This document shows positions 1-12,227 of a DNA stretch of 64,000 bases, in pieces. The DNA comes from Squalus acanthias (lineage: Eukaryota): positions 68,636,001 to 68,700,000 of the forward strand of contig CM059438.1 in assembly GCA_030390025.1 (NCBI GenBank), written 5' to 3'. Position numbers and translations under genes: made by a program. The notes under the pieces were generated by a model, which saw nothing but the letters and a program-made list of their open reading frames with translations, had not been told where the DNA came from and made no database searches. Numbering within the stretch: position 1 is the stretch's first letter; every line of letters starts with the position of its first letter.

Positions 1-807
1 AAGGAGGACACAGCAAAGTGTTCCTGGAGGAAAAATGTGTCACTGGTGGTTAATATAAAATAAATGATTCTGCTGGAGGATTGCATAATTAGGCTTTGGA
101 TTGAAAGGTGTGCAGCGATGAGATAAATCATGCTGTTTTGTTTCTTTCACTGGTTGCAAAGATGATTTACACTGTAGAGAAGGCAAGCTCGATATAAAAG
201 AAAGTTGGAAAGGAGGTTTTGATAGTTCCCCAGGCTGGAATAAATTATGTGGCCACCGGTTAGTCTGAGATCCCAGAAAGGAAAGTAAGGCTATGGAGAA
301 TGTTATAAGATGCTATTACAGAACTGGAACTCTCCTTAAACTGCACTGGGGCAGTCTAATATTAAGCTGAATAACCAGCTTTCAAATATTATTTACCAAA
401 AACATGTGAGCCTTATGTTACAAACTGCCGGATAATATAATAACAATATGATAATAGTATGAAATATAATAAAATCTGAATTTACCTTCAAAAAGTTATT
501 TTATTTTTTTAGTATCGCAATGGCCATCCGGCACATTGGAATGAACATTTCTGTTCCTCAGTTCCCAAGCTAATTGTACTCTGAGAAAATACAAGTGCAG
601 GAATATCTGACATTAGTCTCACCTTCCTCAAAATAACATCATAGTTAGCAGTGTCCCTGCATCACTTCAGGACTTTTCACGATGATATAATGGTGTGGCC
701 TTTGCCCATTTTTCGCAACCTCCATGCCTTAATCTAAGCATTGCTAATTTCTGTATTAGAGTCCTACTTATGGATGGTGTAATCTTGACTGCAATACCAG
801 TGACAAT

Positions 808-1557
808 GGAGTGAATTTTAACGCCCAAAAATAGGTGGCATGGGGTCGGGTGAGCTGCAAAAAGTTTGAAAATCTCAAACCCAACCCCAACCCGCCCACT
901 TCCTAGTTTAACGGAGGTGGGACAGGGGGCTCCCAGGAGTTGGGTTTCCATTTAAATATTAGAATGAGACTGGGAGCCTCACATTTAGCTTCCATTACAG
1001 GTTTAACCCTGGCCGGCCAGGTTTCCCAGGCCTTGGGAAACCCGACAGCTAAAGGGAGGCGAGGACAGCTTCATGGAAAGGGTAAGTGCCCTTACAGCAC
1101 TGCTTGTGGGGCAGGAAGAGCAGGTGTGCTTCCTTGTGGCTCCCCCAAGCTTACCTACTTCCCTGGCATCACACCTCCCCCCCACCCTAATCAGATCCGG
1201 CCCCCCCCCCGCCATCCAAAGACCCCCCGATCGGGGATCGGATCCCCCTCGAGAAACGGAACTGCCCCTCTGGATCTGGGATCAGACAGCCTCCACTGGA
1301 TCGGGCCCCCCCACCCCCCACCCACCACCACGCTCCAACTAGCAGCTGCAGGCTCCTCACCTGTGACCGCGGCTTGCCTGCTCCCCGCCCGGCAAGTAGC
1401 TAAGCCTGTCAGTCAGGCTGACGTACGGCAGGGAACCCGTCAAAAGAAAAATGCACACGTTGTGTTTAAAACTCCACAACATGTGGGGAAACCCAAACTT
1501 CCGGGTTTCCCAACTGAGCCTCCACCACCTCCCCCCCTCCCACTTGAAACTACCCCC
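808..1557. mobile_element. Non-autonomous PIF/Harbinger-type element (MITE-like), degenerate
   Basis: Degenerate inverted ends GGAGTGAATTTTAA / TTGAAACTACCCCC; GC-rich interior with ACCCGCC-like motifs; right half resembles 47791-48056. No clean TSD. Confidence 0.55.
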
Positions 1558-2065
1558 TCTGTCAATATCGGAGTCAATGACTGTCTCCAGTAAGTAAGGA
1601 GTAGCCACACTGGTCCTGTTTCCATTTGAACAGAGATACGGAGCTCACACCAGGACGCAAGTAAGGCCTCTTTCTTTGGGACTCATTTACACTTTGGCTG
1701 CAGTGGTACTTGTGCAACTGGCATGGGACCAGTCATTGGAGAGTGTGATTCACAGCTGGCAAGATCTCGAGCAAGATATTGCCTGGCTGCCAATCGCAGT
1801 CAGCTGCTGGGAGTAGCAAAGTATACTTCCACACATGCTCAGGAGAGGTGCCTGTTTACAAGAGGCAAGAGATTTCTAATCTTGCTCAGAACCCCATTCC
1901 ACGCCAGCAATCTTTAATATTTTGAAAACAGAAGTGGGAGCATCTGTTATCTCAAAGCATTAAGGCCGACTGTGCTTCAGTTTACAGACTGTCCAGGGGG
2001 GGCCCACTCGATGCCTTGAGCGATTTTTCAACCCAAGTTTACACCACAGTTATATGTTATTTGGC

Positions 2066-2247
2066 ATAAGATGAAAAGAGAATTACAGATGAGGTTCATC
2101 CTGTCTTAGTGCATCCATCCGGAATATCTCTAAAGTCCCCCTGTTGCAGCTTTCAAATGACTCAGGAGATCTTACCTCCACTACTCTGATCAAGAGTCCA
2201 TTCCACCATGTGTGAAGCAAACTTTGTGATATCAGTCCTAAACCTGC
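2066..2247 (-). mobile_element. Old CR1-like LINE 3' fragment, target of the full-length CR1; continues at about 11907-12110
   Basis: Degenerate reverse-strand CR1 ORF2 C-terminus/3' UTR-like sequence on both sides of the AACCTGC duplication. Confidence 0.45.
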
Positions 2248-2638
2248 ACAGAGCAGGATTAAACAGAGTGGACTTGAACAGAGTGCTTTGGTTGGGAATT
2301 TGGAAAGAGTGGGAATTTCTGGTAAGTATTGGGTAAGCAGAAGCTGAAAAAAGTGAAATTTACTTTAAGATTTTGATTTTAACACAGAACTTTAAAACTT
2401 TAAAAACTGTAGTTAACAGAAGCTGACTGCCAGTGGCAGTTAACTGTCAGTCAGGTGGAAGAGCTGCTCTTGAATAGGCGCTAATCACCAGAAGCAGGGA
2501 AGCTGAATCATCACTTGTAAATTGGGTGAGGCTCCAAGTGTATAAAGTAAACATTTCTGCAGAGCACAGAGCGGATAAAATAGTGTGGACTTGAACAGAG
2601 TGCTTTGGTTGGGAATTTGGAAAGAGTGGGAATTTCTG
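2248..2638 (+). repeat. Direct repeat in the CR1 5' UTR (about 73 bp at 2248-2321 and 2566-2638; period 318 bp)
   Basis: ACAGAGC...GTGGACTTGAACAGAGTGCTTTGGTTGGGAATTTGGAAAGAGTGGGAATTTCTG occurs twice. Confidence 0.9.
2521..2546 (+). promoter_or_regulatory. Candidate CCAAT (reverse) plus TATA box in the CR1 5' UTR
   Basis: ATTGG at 2521-2525 and TATAAA at 2541-2546, 25 bp before the second repeat copy. Motif match only. Confidence 0.4.
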
Positions 2639-2829
2639 AGAAGAGAGGGAAGGAGTTGTTGCTTTTTGCCTACACTACTTGTAGTGCTTTGTGTTACAAG
2701 TAGATATTTAACTTCAGTACCCTTAACTTAATCTAGATCAGGTAAGTAGTCAGGAAACTACACTGTAAACTAAGTGACCTAATTACAAATTAAATTAAAT
2801 TAAATTAAATAAATCAAGGTCATATAGGG

Positions 2830-3852
2830 ATGGCAGTGCAGGTGGTGTGCTGCAACTGGAGCATGTGAGAGTTTGTGGAGAGCATTGTGATCCCGGACAA
2901 CCACGTTTGCAGTAAGTGCCTGCATCTTGAGAAACTTCAGTTCATAGGATTTGAGCTGGAGTCTGAGATGCAGACATTGCGGGGCATCAGGGATGGGGAG
3001 AGTTACCTGGACACTTTGATCCAGGAGGCAGTCACACCCCTCAGGTTAGGTGGTGGTACATGTCTGGTTAGTGGTCAGGGACAGGAGGGTGCGACTGCAA
3101 CTCAGGCAAGTAAGGGGACCCCAGGTGCAGTGCTGGAGGAGTCTCAGCCTTTGCCCTTGTCCAACAGGTATGAGGTTCTTGCTGCCTCTGTGGATGAGCG
3201 AAAAGCCTGTAGGATGGATGAGCAGGCTGACCATGACACCATGGTGCAGGAGGCCATTCAAGTGGGGGGAGTGAAAGGGAATGTAGTTGTGGTAGAGGAC
3301 AGTATAGTCAGGGGGATAGATACTATTTTCTACAGCCGTGACCGAGAGTTCCGAAGGTTGTGTAGCCTGCCCGGTACCAGGGTTAAAGACATTTCCTTGC
3401 AGCTGGAGAAGAACTTGGAGGGGGAGGAGCCAGTTGTCGTGGTCCACGTAGGAACCAACAACATAGGTAGAACTAGGAATGAGGTTCTGCTGAGTGAGTT
3501 TCAGGAGCTAGGATCCAAATTAAAAAGCAGAACCTCAAAGGTAATAATCTCTGCACTGTTACCTGAACCACATGTAAATTGGCATAGAGACACACAGATT
3601 AGAGGTTTAAATGCATGGCTCAAAGACTGGTGTGGGAGGAAGGGGTTTCAGTTCATGGGGCACTGGCACCAGTACTGGGGAAAGAGGGAGCTGTTCTGTT
3701 GGGATGGGCTCCACTTAAACTGGGCTGGGACCAGTGTCCTGGTGATCCGAATAACTAGGGCAGTAGACAGGGCTTTTAAACTAATGAAGGGGTGTGGGAG
3801 GATTCAGGAAAGAGTAAATTTAAAAGCAGCGAGAGAAATGTCAAGGCTCTAG
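2830..3852 (+). pseudogene. CR1 ORF1p: N-terminal Cys motif plus SGNH/GDSL esterase domain; premature TGA at 2866
   Basis: ATG 2830 gives MAVQVVCCNWSM*EFVESIVIPDNHVCSKC; esterase blocks EDSIVR (GDS-like), VVVHVGTNN, DGLHLN. Confidence 0.9.
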
Positions 3853-3974
3853 AGCAGAGTAGAGTTTTGGGTAAAAATAAGCAGAGTGGGTCAGGAAGTT
3901 ACAGAGAGAGTAACAAAGGTAATAAGGCATCAGTGATGAAAGTGACATCAGGGAAAAAGAGAAATAAGTCAAAG

Positions 3975-4714
3975 CTAAAGGCACCATATCTGAATGTGCA
4001 AAGCATTCGCAACAAAATAGATGAATTAATAGCGCAGATAGAAATGACCAGATTTGATCTAATAGCCATAACGGAGACGTGGTTGCAAAGTGACCAAGGT
4101 TGGGAACTAAATATTCCAGGATACATAACTTTTAGAAGGGATAGGCGAAATGGAAAAGGAGGCGGTGTAGCCCTGATAATAAAGGATGGGATAAATACAG
4201 TAGAGAGAAAGGATCTTAGCTCCGAAAAGCAAGAAGTTGATCAGTTTGGGTGGAGCTAAGAAACAGCAAGGGGCAGAAAACATTGGTGGGAGTTGTTTAT
4301 AGGCCCCAAACAGTAGTTGCAATGTAGGGCAGAGTATAAATCAGGAAATTAGAGGCGCATGTAACAAGGGACTTTAATCTACATATAGACTGGGCAAAAC
4401 AAATTTGCAGTAATAGTGTGGAGGACGAATTCATGGAATGTATGCAAGATAGTTTTCTAGATCAGTATGTTGAGGAACCAACGAGGGAACACGCTATTTT
4501 AGATCTAGTATTGTGCAACGACAAAGGGTTAATTAATAACCTTGTAGTAAAGGGGCCTTTAGGGAAGAGTGACCATAATATGAGAGAATTTTATATTGAG
4601 ATTGAAAGTGACTTAGTTAAATCCGAAACTAGGGTCTTAAATCTAAACAAAGCAAACTACGTAGGTATGAGGGGCGAGTTGGCTAAGGTAGATTGGGAAA
4701 CTACATTAAAAGGT
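3975..4714 (+). pseudogene. CR1-A ORF2 APE endonuclease domain, frameshifted
   Basis: YLNVQSIRNK, IAITETW, RRDR..KGGGVAL, PTR..ILDLVL, SDHN motifs spread over several frames. Confidence 0.9.
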
Positions 4715-4717
4715 CAT

Positions 4718-5584
4718 GGGGGAAAAATTCAGTTGGTTGCGCCTCCCGTTAGCGCCTTAAGAGGGCGCTAATGGGGCGCAAAGCATCTAGCGCCCAGGCG
4801 CGGCGAAGTTTGCGCCGCTCGCGAAATTAACTAGACATTTTGCGGCAGCGCTAAACACTACCGCCACGATCTCCTGTGCCGGCAGATCATGACGTCACTC
4901 GAGTGCGCAACGCCCCGGTATCGCCCCGGAGCAGATATTGAGTGGCGCCCCCTGCCTTACCGCCTGACGCTAGCAACAACAGGTTGAGGGGAGCATTCTG
5001 CAGTCATGAAGGGAAAGGGGGAGCACTATTTAAAGGTGACCGCTTCCTGCCTTTTATTGTTGGTGCCATTTTTGAACTACGCATTCTGAGAGAGAGAGGG
5101 AGAGACTTCTGGAGAGATTCAACGTTGTGTGAAGGAGTTTTGGGTACTGAGCAGCACTTTGCAGGTTCATTTTGATTTGCCATTCCTTGTATCAATTTAG
5201 AAGAGACTGTGGGGGCTGCACTCTGAGCTCTTTGCCTTGTACTCTCCATTGTTCTTTCCAGCAGATTTGATGTGCAGGTCTCTCCAGGCCGAGATTCAAG
5301 GCTGCAATGAGCAGGATGTGGATGGAAAGCAAGATTAACCATCCCCTTTAAGAACTGGCCCGTGCCATTGTGTGTGTGTTCCATTGCTGACTGACATTAC
5401 ATGAGCTTCGCCAGCGCTCTGAGGTAGCGCCTCGCTCCTCGGCCTTTGCGCCTTAAGACAGGTGTGAAGCGCCTGATTTAGCGCTCCAATCACCTCCAGG
5501 GTGGCGATAATTAGCGCCAGGCGCTAATCTTTGCGCCCGGCCGATAATTGCACCCCAAATGGGGCGATACTGTATTTCTCCCCC
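4718..5584. mobile_element. Harbinger-type MITE (AAATT-end group) inserted in the tail of CR1-B
   Basis: TIR GGGGGAAAAATTCAGT / ACTGTATTTCTCCCCC; AT on both flanks; many TAGCGCC/GGCGCTA motifs; left end matches the reverse complement of the right end of 63163-63898. Confidence 0.85.
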
Positions 5585-7210
5585 ATAGAGTCATAACGGC
5601 ACATAAGGAGACCATTCAGCCCATCGAGTCTGTGCCAGCTCTCTGTAGAGCAATCCTGTTAGTCCCATTCCCCCACTCTATCCCCGTAGCACTGCAAGTT
5701 TATTTCCCTCAAGTGCCTGTCCAGTCTCCCCTTGAAAACATTGAGTGTCTCCGCTTCCACCACTTCCGTCGGCAGCGAGTTCCAGGTCATCACCACTCGC
5801 TGCGTAAAAAGATTTTCCTCACATTCCCCCAGTATCTCTTGCCCAAAACCTTAAATCTGTGTCCCCTAGTCCTTGTACCATCAATTAGTGGGAACAGCCT
5901 TTCCCCGTCTAGCCTATCCAAACCTGTCATAATCTTGTACACCTCTATCAAATCACTCCTCAACCTCCTTTGCTCTAATGAAAACAAATCCAGCTTCTCC
6001 AACCTGTCCTTGTAGCTAAGATCCCCCATCCCCGGAACCATTCTGGTAAATCTCCTCTGCACCCTCTCAAGGGCCTTCACATCCTTCCTAAAGTATGGTG
6101 ACCAGAACTGGATGCAATACTCCAGTTGTGGCCTAACCAGCGCTTTATAAAGGTTCAGCATAACTTATCTACTTTTGCACTCAATACCCCTATTTGTGAA
6201 GCCCAAGATCCCATAAACTTTGTTAACCACTCTCTCAATATGTCCTGCCACCTTCAGGGACCTATGCACATTAACTCCCAGGTCCCTTTGTCCCTGCACA
6301 CTCTTTAAAACTGTGCCATTAAGTGTATATTGCCTCTCCCTGTTCCTTCTGCCAAAATGCATCACCTCACAATTCTCCGTATTAAATTCCATCTGCCACT
6401 TGTCTGCCCATTCTACTAGCCTTTCTATGTCGTGTTGCAGTCAATTGGTATCATCATCACTGTTTGCCACACCCCCAAGTTTGGTGTCATTGGCAAATTT
6501 AGAAATTCTACTCTGTATTCCAATATCCAGGTCATTTATATATATCATAAAAAGCAGTGGCCCCAGCACTGACCATTGGGGAACACTACTGTCTACCATC
6601 CTCCAGTCTGAAAAACAGCCATTTACCACAACTTGATGTTTTCTGTCCTTAAGCCAATTCCTTATCCAAGCTGCCACTGACCCATCTATTCCATGAGCCT
6701 CAATTTTGTTAACCAGTCTTCTATGGGGTACTTTGTCAAACGCCTTCCGAAAATCCATGTAGCCAACTTCCATTACATTCCCTTCATCAATTCTCTCTGT
6801 TACTTCATCAAAAAATTCAATTAGATTAGTCAAACACGATCTTCCTTTTACAAACGAGTGTTGGCTCTCCTTAATTAGCTTAAACCTTTCCAAATGCCCG
6901 TTAATTTTTTCCTTGATTATTGTTTCTAAAACTTTACCCAACACTAATATTAAACTGACCGGCCTGTAGTTACTAGGATTGTCCTTAGACCCTTTCTTGA
7001 ACAATGGTTTCACATTTGCCACTTTCCAATCCTCAGGCACCTCCCCCGCAACGAGGGAAGATTGGAAAATTTTGGCAAGCCCTTCCGTTATTTCCCCACC
7101 CTTAGCAACCTGGGATGCAAGCCATCTGGACCAGGCGACTTGTACACTCTAAGCATACCCAGTCTTTCCAGTACATCCTGTCTATCAATTTTCACCCCTT
7201 CCATTGCTTC
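5585..7210 (-). mobile_element. 5'-truncated CR1 LINE (CR1-B) inserted antisense into CR1-A
   Basis: Minus-strand RT motifs NYRPVSL, YMDFRKAFD, PQWSVLGP, FANDTK, RPQLEYC; TATGACTCTATG tail at the left end (tail begins at 4715, before the MITE). Confidence 0.92.
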
Positions 7211-7626
7211 TGACAGTGGACGAGCAATGGCTAGCATTCAAAGAATTAATACATAATTTACAACAAATATACATTCCTTTAAGGCAGAAAAACCCCACAG
7301 GAAAAGTGGTCCAACCGTGGCTAACAAGAAAAGTTAAAGATGGTATTAGATCAAAGGAAGAGGCTTATAATGCTGCCAAAAAGAGTAGTAAGCCTGAGGA
7401 TTGGGAGGATTTTAGAATTCAGCAAGGGAGGACCAAGAAATTGAAAAAGAAAGGCAAAATAGAATGAGAGTAAACTAGCGAGAGACATAAAAACAGACTG
7501 TAAAAGCTTCTATACGTGTGAAAAAAGGAAAAGATTAGCGAAAGTAAATGTGGGTCCCTTACAGGGTGATACAGGAGAAATTATAATGGGGAATAAGGAA
7601 ATGGCAGAGAAATTAAACAAATACTT

Positions 7627-10178
7627 GGCCAGAATTTTGCCGGCACTCAGGGGGCGGGTTTGGAGGCGGGACATCCGGCAAAATCGCAAAGATTGACAGT
7701 GGGTCGGAAACCTGCTGTCAACCCGCCTCCAAACAGTCTTCCTAGGTGTCGGGTCGCCGATTTGCGCATGGACTTGACACCTAGCGGTGGGAAGAGGATA
7801 TAAGCACTTAACTGTTTGTTAACAGGCAGTTAAGAGGCTTTTTCCAATTTTGACAGGTCGACTGCAAGTTGGCTAGGATGGATTGGGGAGCGTTACTTAA
7901 AGGGTTGATGGTGGATAGGCAATGGCAAACATTTAAAGATCGCATGGATGAACTACAGAATTTGTTCATCCCTGTTTGGCATAAAAATAAAACAAAAAAG
8001 GTGACTCAACCGTGGCTAACAAGGGAAATTAGGGAAAGCATAAGATCCAAGGAGAGGACATATAAATTGGCCAGAAAAAGCAGTAAACCTGAGGATTGGG
8101 AGCAGTTTAGGATTCAGCAAAGGAGGACAAAGGGATTAATTAAGAGGGGGAAAATAGAATATGAGAGTAAGCTTGCAGGGAACATAAAAACTGACTGTAA
8201 AAGCTTCAATAGATATGTGAAGAGAAAAAGATTGGTGAAGTCAAGCGTAGGTCCCTTGCAGTCAGCATCAGGGGAATTTATAATGGGGAACAAAGAAATG
8301 GCTGACGAATTAAATACATACTTTGGTTCTGTCTTCACAAAGGAGGACACAAATAAACTCCCAGAGATGTTGGGGAACATTGGGTCTAATGAGAGGGAGG
8401 AATTGAATGAAATCAGCATTTGTAGGGAAATGGTGTTAGGGAAATTGACGGGATTGAAGGCCGCTAAATCCCCAGGGCCTGATAATCTACATCCTAGGGT
8501 ACTTAAGGAAGTGGCCCTAGAAATAGTAGATGCATTGCTGGTCATCTTTCAAAATTCCATAGACTCTGGAACAGTTCCCATGGATTGGAGGGTAGCTAAT
8601 GTAACCCCACTATTTAAAAAAGGTGGTAGAGAAAAAACAGGGAATTATAGACTGGTAAGCCTGACATCGGTAGTGGGGAAAATGCTAGAGTCCATTATAA
8701 AAGATGTAATAGCAGAGCACTTGGAAAACAGTGACTGGATCGGACAAAGTCAACAGGGATTTACAAAAGGGAAATCATGCCTGACTAATCTACTGGAATT
8801 TTTTGAGGATGTAACTGGTAGAATAGATAAGGGAGAAACAGTGGATGTGGTGTATTTGGACTTTCAGAAGGCTTTCGATAAGGACCCGCATAAGAGATTA
8901 GCGTGCAAAGTTAAAGTACATGGGATTGGGGGTAAAGTACTGATTTGGATGGAGAACTGGTTGGCAGACAGGAAGCAAAGAGTTGGAATAAACAAGTCTT
9001 TTTCCGAGTGGCAGGCAGTAACTAGTCGGGTACCACAGGGATCGGTGCTAGGACCCTATTCACAGCGAAGATTTACCAGACTGATACCTGGGATGGCAGG
9101 AATGACGTATGAAGAGAGATTGGGTCGATTAGGCTTATATTCACTAGAGTTTCGAAGAATGAGAGGGGATCTCATTGAAACTTATAAAATTCTAACAGGA
9201 CTAGACAGACTAGATGCAGGAAGGATGTTCCTGATGGCGGGGGAGTCCAGAACCAGAGGTCACAATCTAAGGATAAGGGGTAAGCCATTTAGGACTAAGA
9301 TGAGGAGGAATTTCTTCACCCAGAGAGTGGTGAACCTGTGGAATTCTCTACCACAGAAGGCAGTTGAGGCCAATTCATTAAATATATTCAAGAAGGAGAT
9401 AGATATATTTCTTAAGGCTAAAGAGATCAAGGGATATGGGGAGAAAGCAGGAACAGGGTACTGAATTTGAATGATCAGCCATGATCTCATTAAATGGCGG
9501 AGCAGGCTCGAGGGGCCGAATGGCCTACTCCTGCTCCTATCTTCTATGCTTCTATGCTTCCTGACGTCCGGACACCACGCCAGGTAAGTGTGGCGCGCTG
9601 TGGGTCTACTGTAATGTTTGTGCATTGATGACAGCTGCAGATGTGGTGTGAAGGATCCAACTGTATACTGGTGAGTTTCAGAAGTAAGGAAATGTTGAGA
9701 AAATCATTTTTAATATATTTAGACTTTTCTGTAGGTGACAAGTTTTGAATTGTTTGTGTAGTCCCACCTCATTGGGAGAACCTCTCTCACCAGTGACAGA
9801 TCGCTTCTGTAACCTCACCTGCAGCTGCCATCAGTTCTAGCCTAAGGAGGGAGTCACTGGAGAGCCTGGGTGAAAGGGCTCACCTTTGTACAGTGATTGT
9901 CAGTGTTTGCAGCACCTCAATGCTGTCAAACACTGAAAAATCAGCTGTCAAAAAAAATAGTGCATGGCCCCCTTAAGAAAACCGGCAGATAACTCGTCAT
10001 CAACTGACATCATCTGACACCGGTTCCTCTTAATTGGCTGGCAAGCCCACAGGGCGGGCTTAACAAGGCCAATTGACGCAAAATCGCGTCTGTGCGTCGG
10101 ACGTCGTTGGGGGCGGGACTGGAACCTGGAAGGCAGCTGTCCCGCCCCCAAGCCGCATCGACCGGAAAAATCGCAGCC
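7627..10178. mobile_element. Harbinger-type MITE (ATTTT-end group) inserted in CR1-A, itself split by CR1-D
   Basis: Ends GGCCAGAATTTT / AAAATCGCAGCC; both halves are homologous to 31645-32481. No clean TSD. Confidence 0.8.
7869..9556 (+). mobile_element. 5'-truncated CR1 LINE (CR1-D) with an internal in-frame deletion of the RT catalytic core
   Basis: 531-aa ORF 7869-9464 with CR1 ORF2 motifs; PQGSVLGP is joined almost directly to QRRFTRL and FADD is absent; tail TTCTATGCTTCTATG. Confidence 0.93.
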
Positions 10179-10182
10179 ACAG

Positions 10183-11906
10183 TGTCTGCGTGGAAGAAGA
10201 CACAAAAAACTTCCCGGAAATAGTGGACAACCAAGGGTCTAGCGAGAATGAGTAACTGAAAGATATTAGTATTAGTAAAAAAGTAGTACTGGAGAAATTA
10301 ATGGGACTGAAAGCCGATAAATCCCCTGGACCTGGTGGCCTACATCCTAGGGTTTTGAAGGAGTTGGCTATAGAGATAGTGGATGCATTGGTTGTCATTT
10401 TCCAAAATTCCATAGATTCTCGAACGGTTCCCGCGGATTGGAAGGTAGCAAATGTAACCCCGCTATTTAAGAAAGGAGGGAGAGAGAAAATGGAGAACTA
10501 CAGATCAGTTAGCCTGACATCAGTAGTAGGGAAAATGCTAGAATCTATTATTAAGGAAGTGGTAACAGGGCACTTAGAAAATAATAATAGGATTGGGCAG
10601 AGTCAACACGGATTTATGAAAGGGAAATCGTGTTTGACAAATCTGTTAGAGTTTTTTTGAGATTGTAACTAACAGAATAGATAAGGGGGAACCAATGGAC
10701 GTGGTGTATTTGGATTTTCAGAAGTCATTCGATAAGGTGCCACACAAGAGGTTATTAAACAAAATTAGGGCTCATGGGATTGGGGGTAATATACTAGCAT
10801 GGATTCAGGATTGATTAACGGACAGAAAACAGACAGTAGGAATAAACGGGTAACTTATGGGTTGGCAGGCTGTAACTAGTAGGGTACCACAAGGATCAGT
10901 GGTTTGGCCTCAGCTATTCACAATCTATATCAATGATTTGGAAAAGGGGCCCAAATGTAATATATCCAAGTTTGCTGATGAGACAAAGCTGGGTGGGAAT
11001 GTAAGTTGTGAGGAGGATGCAAGGAGGCTTCAAGGGGATATATACAGGCTAAGTGAGTGGGCAAGAACATGGCAAATGGAATATAATGTGGAGAAATGTG
11101 AAGTTATCCACTTTGGTAGGAAAAACAGAAAAGCAGAGTATTTTTTAAATGGTGAGAGATTGGGAAATGTTGGTGTTCAGAGGGACCTGGGTGTCCTTGT
11201 ACACGAATCACTGAAAGTTGACATACAAGTACAGCAAGCAATTGGGAAAGCAAATGGTATGTTGGCCTTTATTACAAGAGGATTTGAGTATAAGAGTAAA
11301 GACGTCTTACTGCAATTATATAGGGCCCTGGTGAGACCACACCTGGAGTATTGTGTACAGTTTTGGTCTCCTTACCTAAGGAAGGATATACTTGCCATAG
11401 AGGGCGTGCAACAAAGGTTCACCAGACTGGGTCCTGGGATGGGGGGATTGTCCTATGAGGACAGATTGAGTAGACTAGGCCTATATTCTCTAGAGTTTAG
11501 AAGAATGAGAGGTGATCTCATTGAAATATACAACATTGTTACAGGGCTTGGCAGGGTAGATGCAGGGAGGATGTTTCCCCTGGCTGGGGAGTCTACAACC
11601 AGGGGTCACAGTCTCAGAATATAGGGTCGGCCATTTAGGACTGAGATGAGGTGAAATTTCTTCACTCAGAGGGTGGTGAATCTTTGGAATTCTCCACCCC
11701 AGAGGGGCTGTGGAGGCTCAGTCGTTAAGTATATTCAAGACAGAGATCGCTAGATTTTTGGATATTAAGGGAATCAAGGGATATGGGGATAGTGCAGGAA
11801 AGTGGAGATTACATAGAAGATCAGCCATGATCTTATTGAATGGCGGAACAGGCTCGAGGGGCCAAATGGCCTACTCCTGCTTCTATTTCTTATCGTTTAT
11901 GTTCTT
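10183..11906 (+). pseudogene. CR1-A ORF2 reverse transcriptase region and 3' UTR, with stops and frameshifts
   Basis: KSPGPGGLHPRVLKE, NYRSVSLTS, QHGF, PQGSV, FADETK, RPHLEYC in ORFs 10301-10660 and 10857-11624. Confidence 0.92.
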
Positions 11907-12227
11907 AACCTGCCCTTTACTAGTTGGGATCTGTGATATTTGTTCTGCTGTCATGATTTATTTATCTGGATTTCACTTACTCCTACCATTTACTATCTTG
12001 CACAAGAGGCCTCCTTCCAAGGCTGAAAGCCTAATTTTCTTCTTATAACTCAGACCTCTGAGCTCTCTTACTAGGGATCAGTCTTATCCACTGCGCCCTC
12101 TAAGCTGCGCGCGTGCACAGATTGGGGAGTTGCCATCCAGTTGTAGCTTTATCTCTAACCACTGAGAACGTGAGACTGGTGGACTCACCACCTAGTGAGA
12201 AGAAGGAAAATTGTAGTTATCTGTCTT

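Larger units (their letters stand above)
2248..11906 (+). mobile_element. Full-length CR1 LINE (CR1-A) in three pieces: 2248-4714, 7211-7626, about 10183-11906 (about 4.6 kb when joined)
   Basis: TSD AACCTGC at 2241-2247 and 11907-11913; 5' UTR, ORF1, APE, RT and TATGTTCTT tail in the correct order; ORF2 is collinear across the insertions (ETTLKG|TVDEQW and LNKY|EEDTKN). Confidence 0.93.

Noticed and set aside
940..1593. 217-aa proline-rich ORF
   Set aside because: Lies in a GC-rich MITE; no domain motifs; low stop density explains it.
5548..6636. Plus-strand ORFs of 138-155 aa (and similar ones at 8114-8545, 34583-36203, 62359-62859)
   Set aside because: Antisense shadows of CR1 ORF2.
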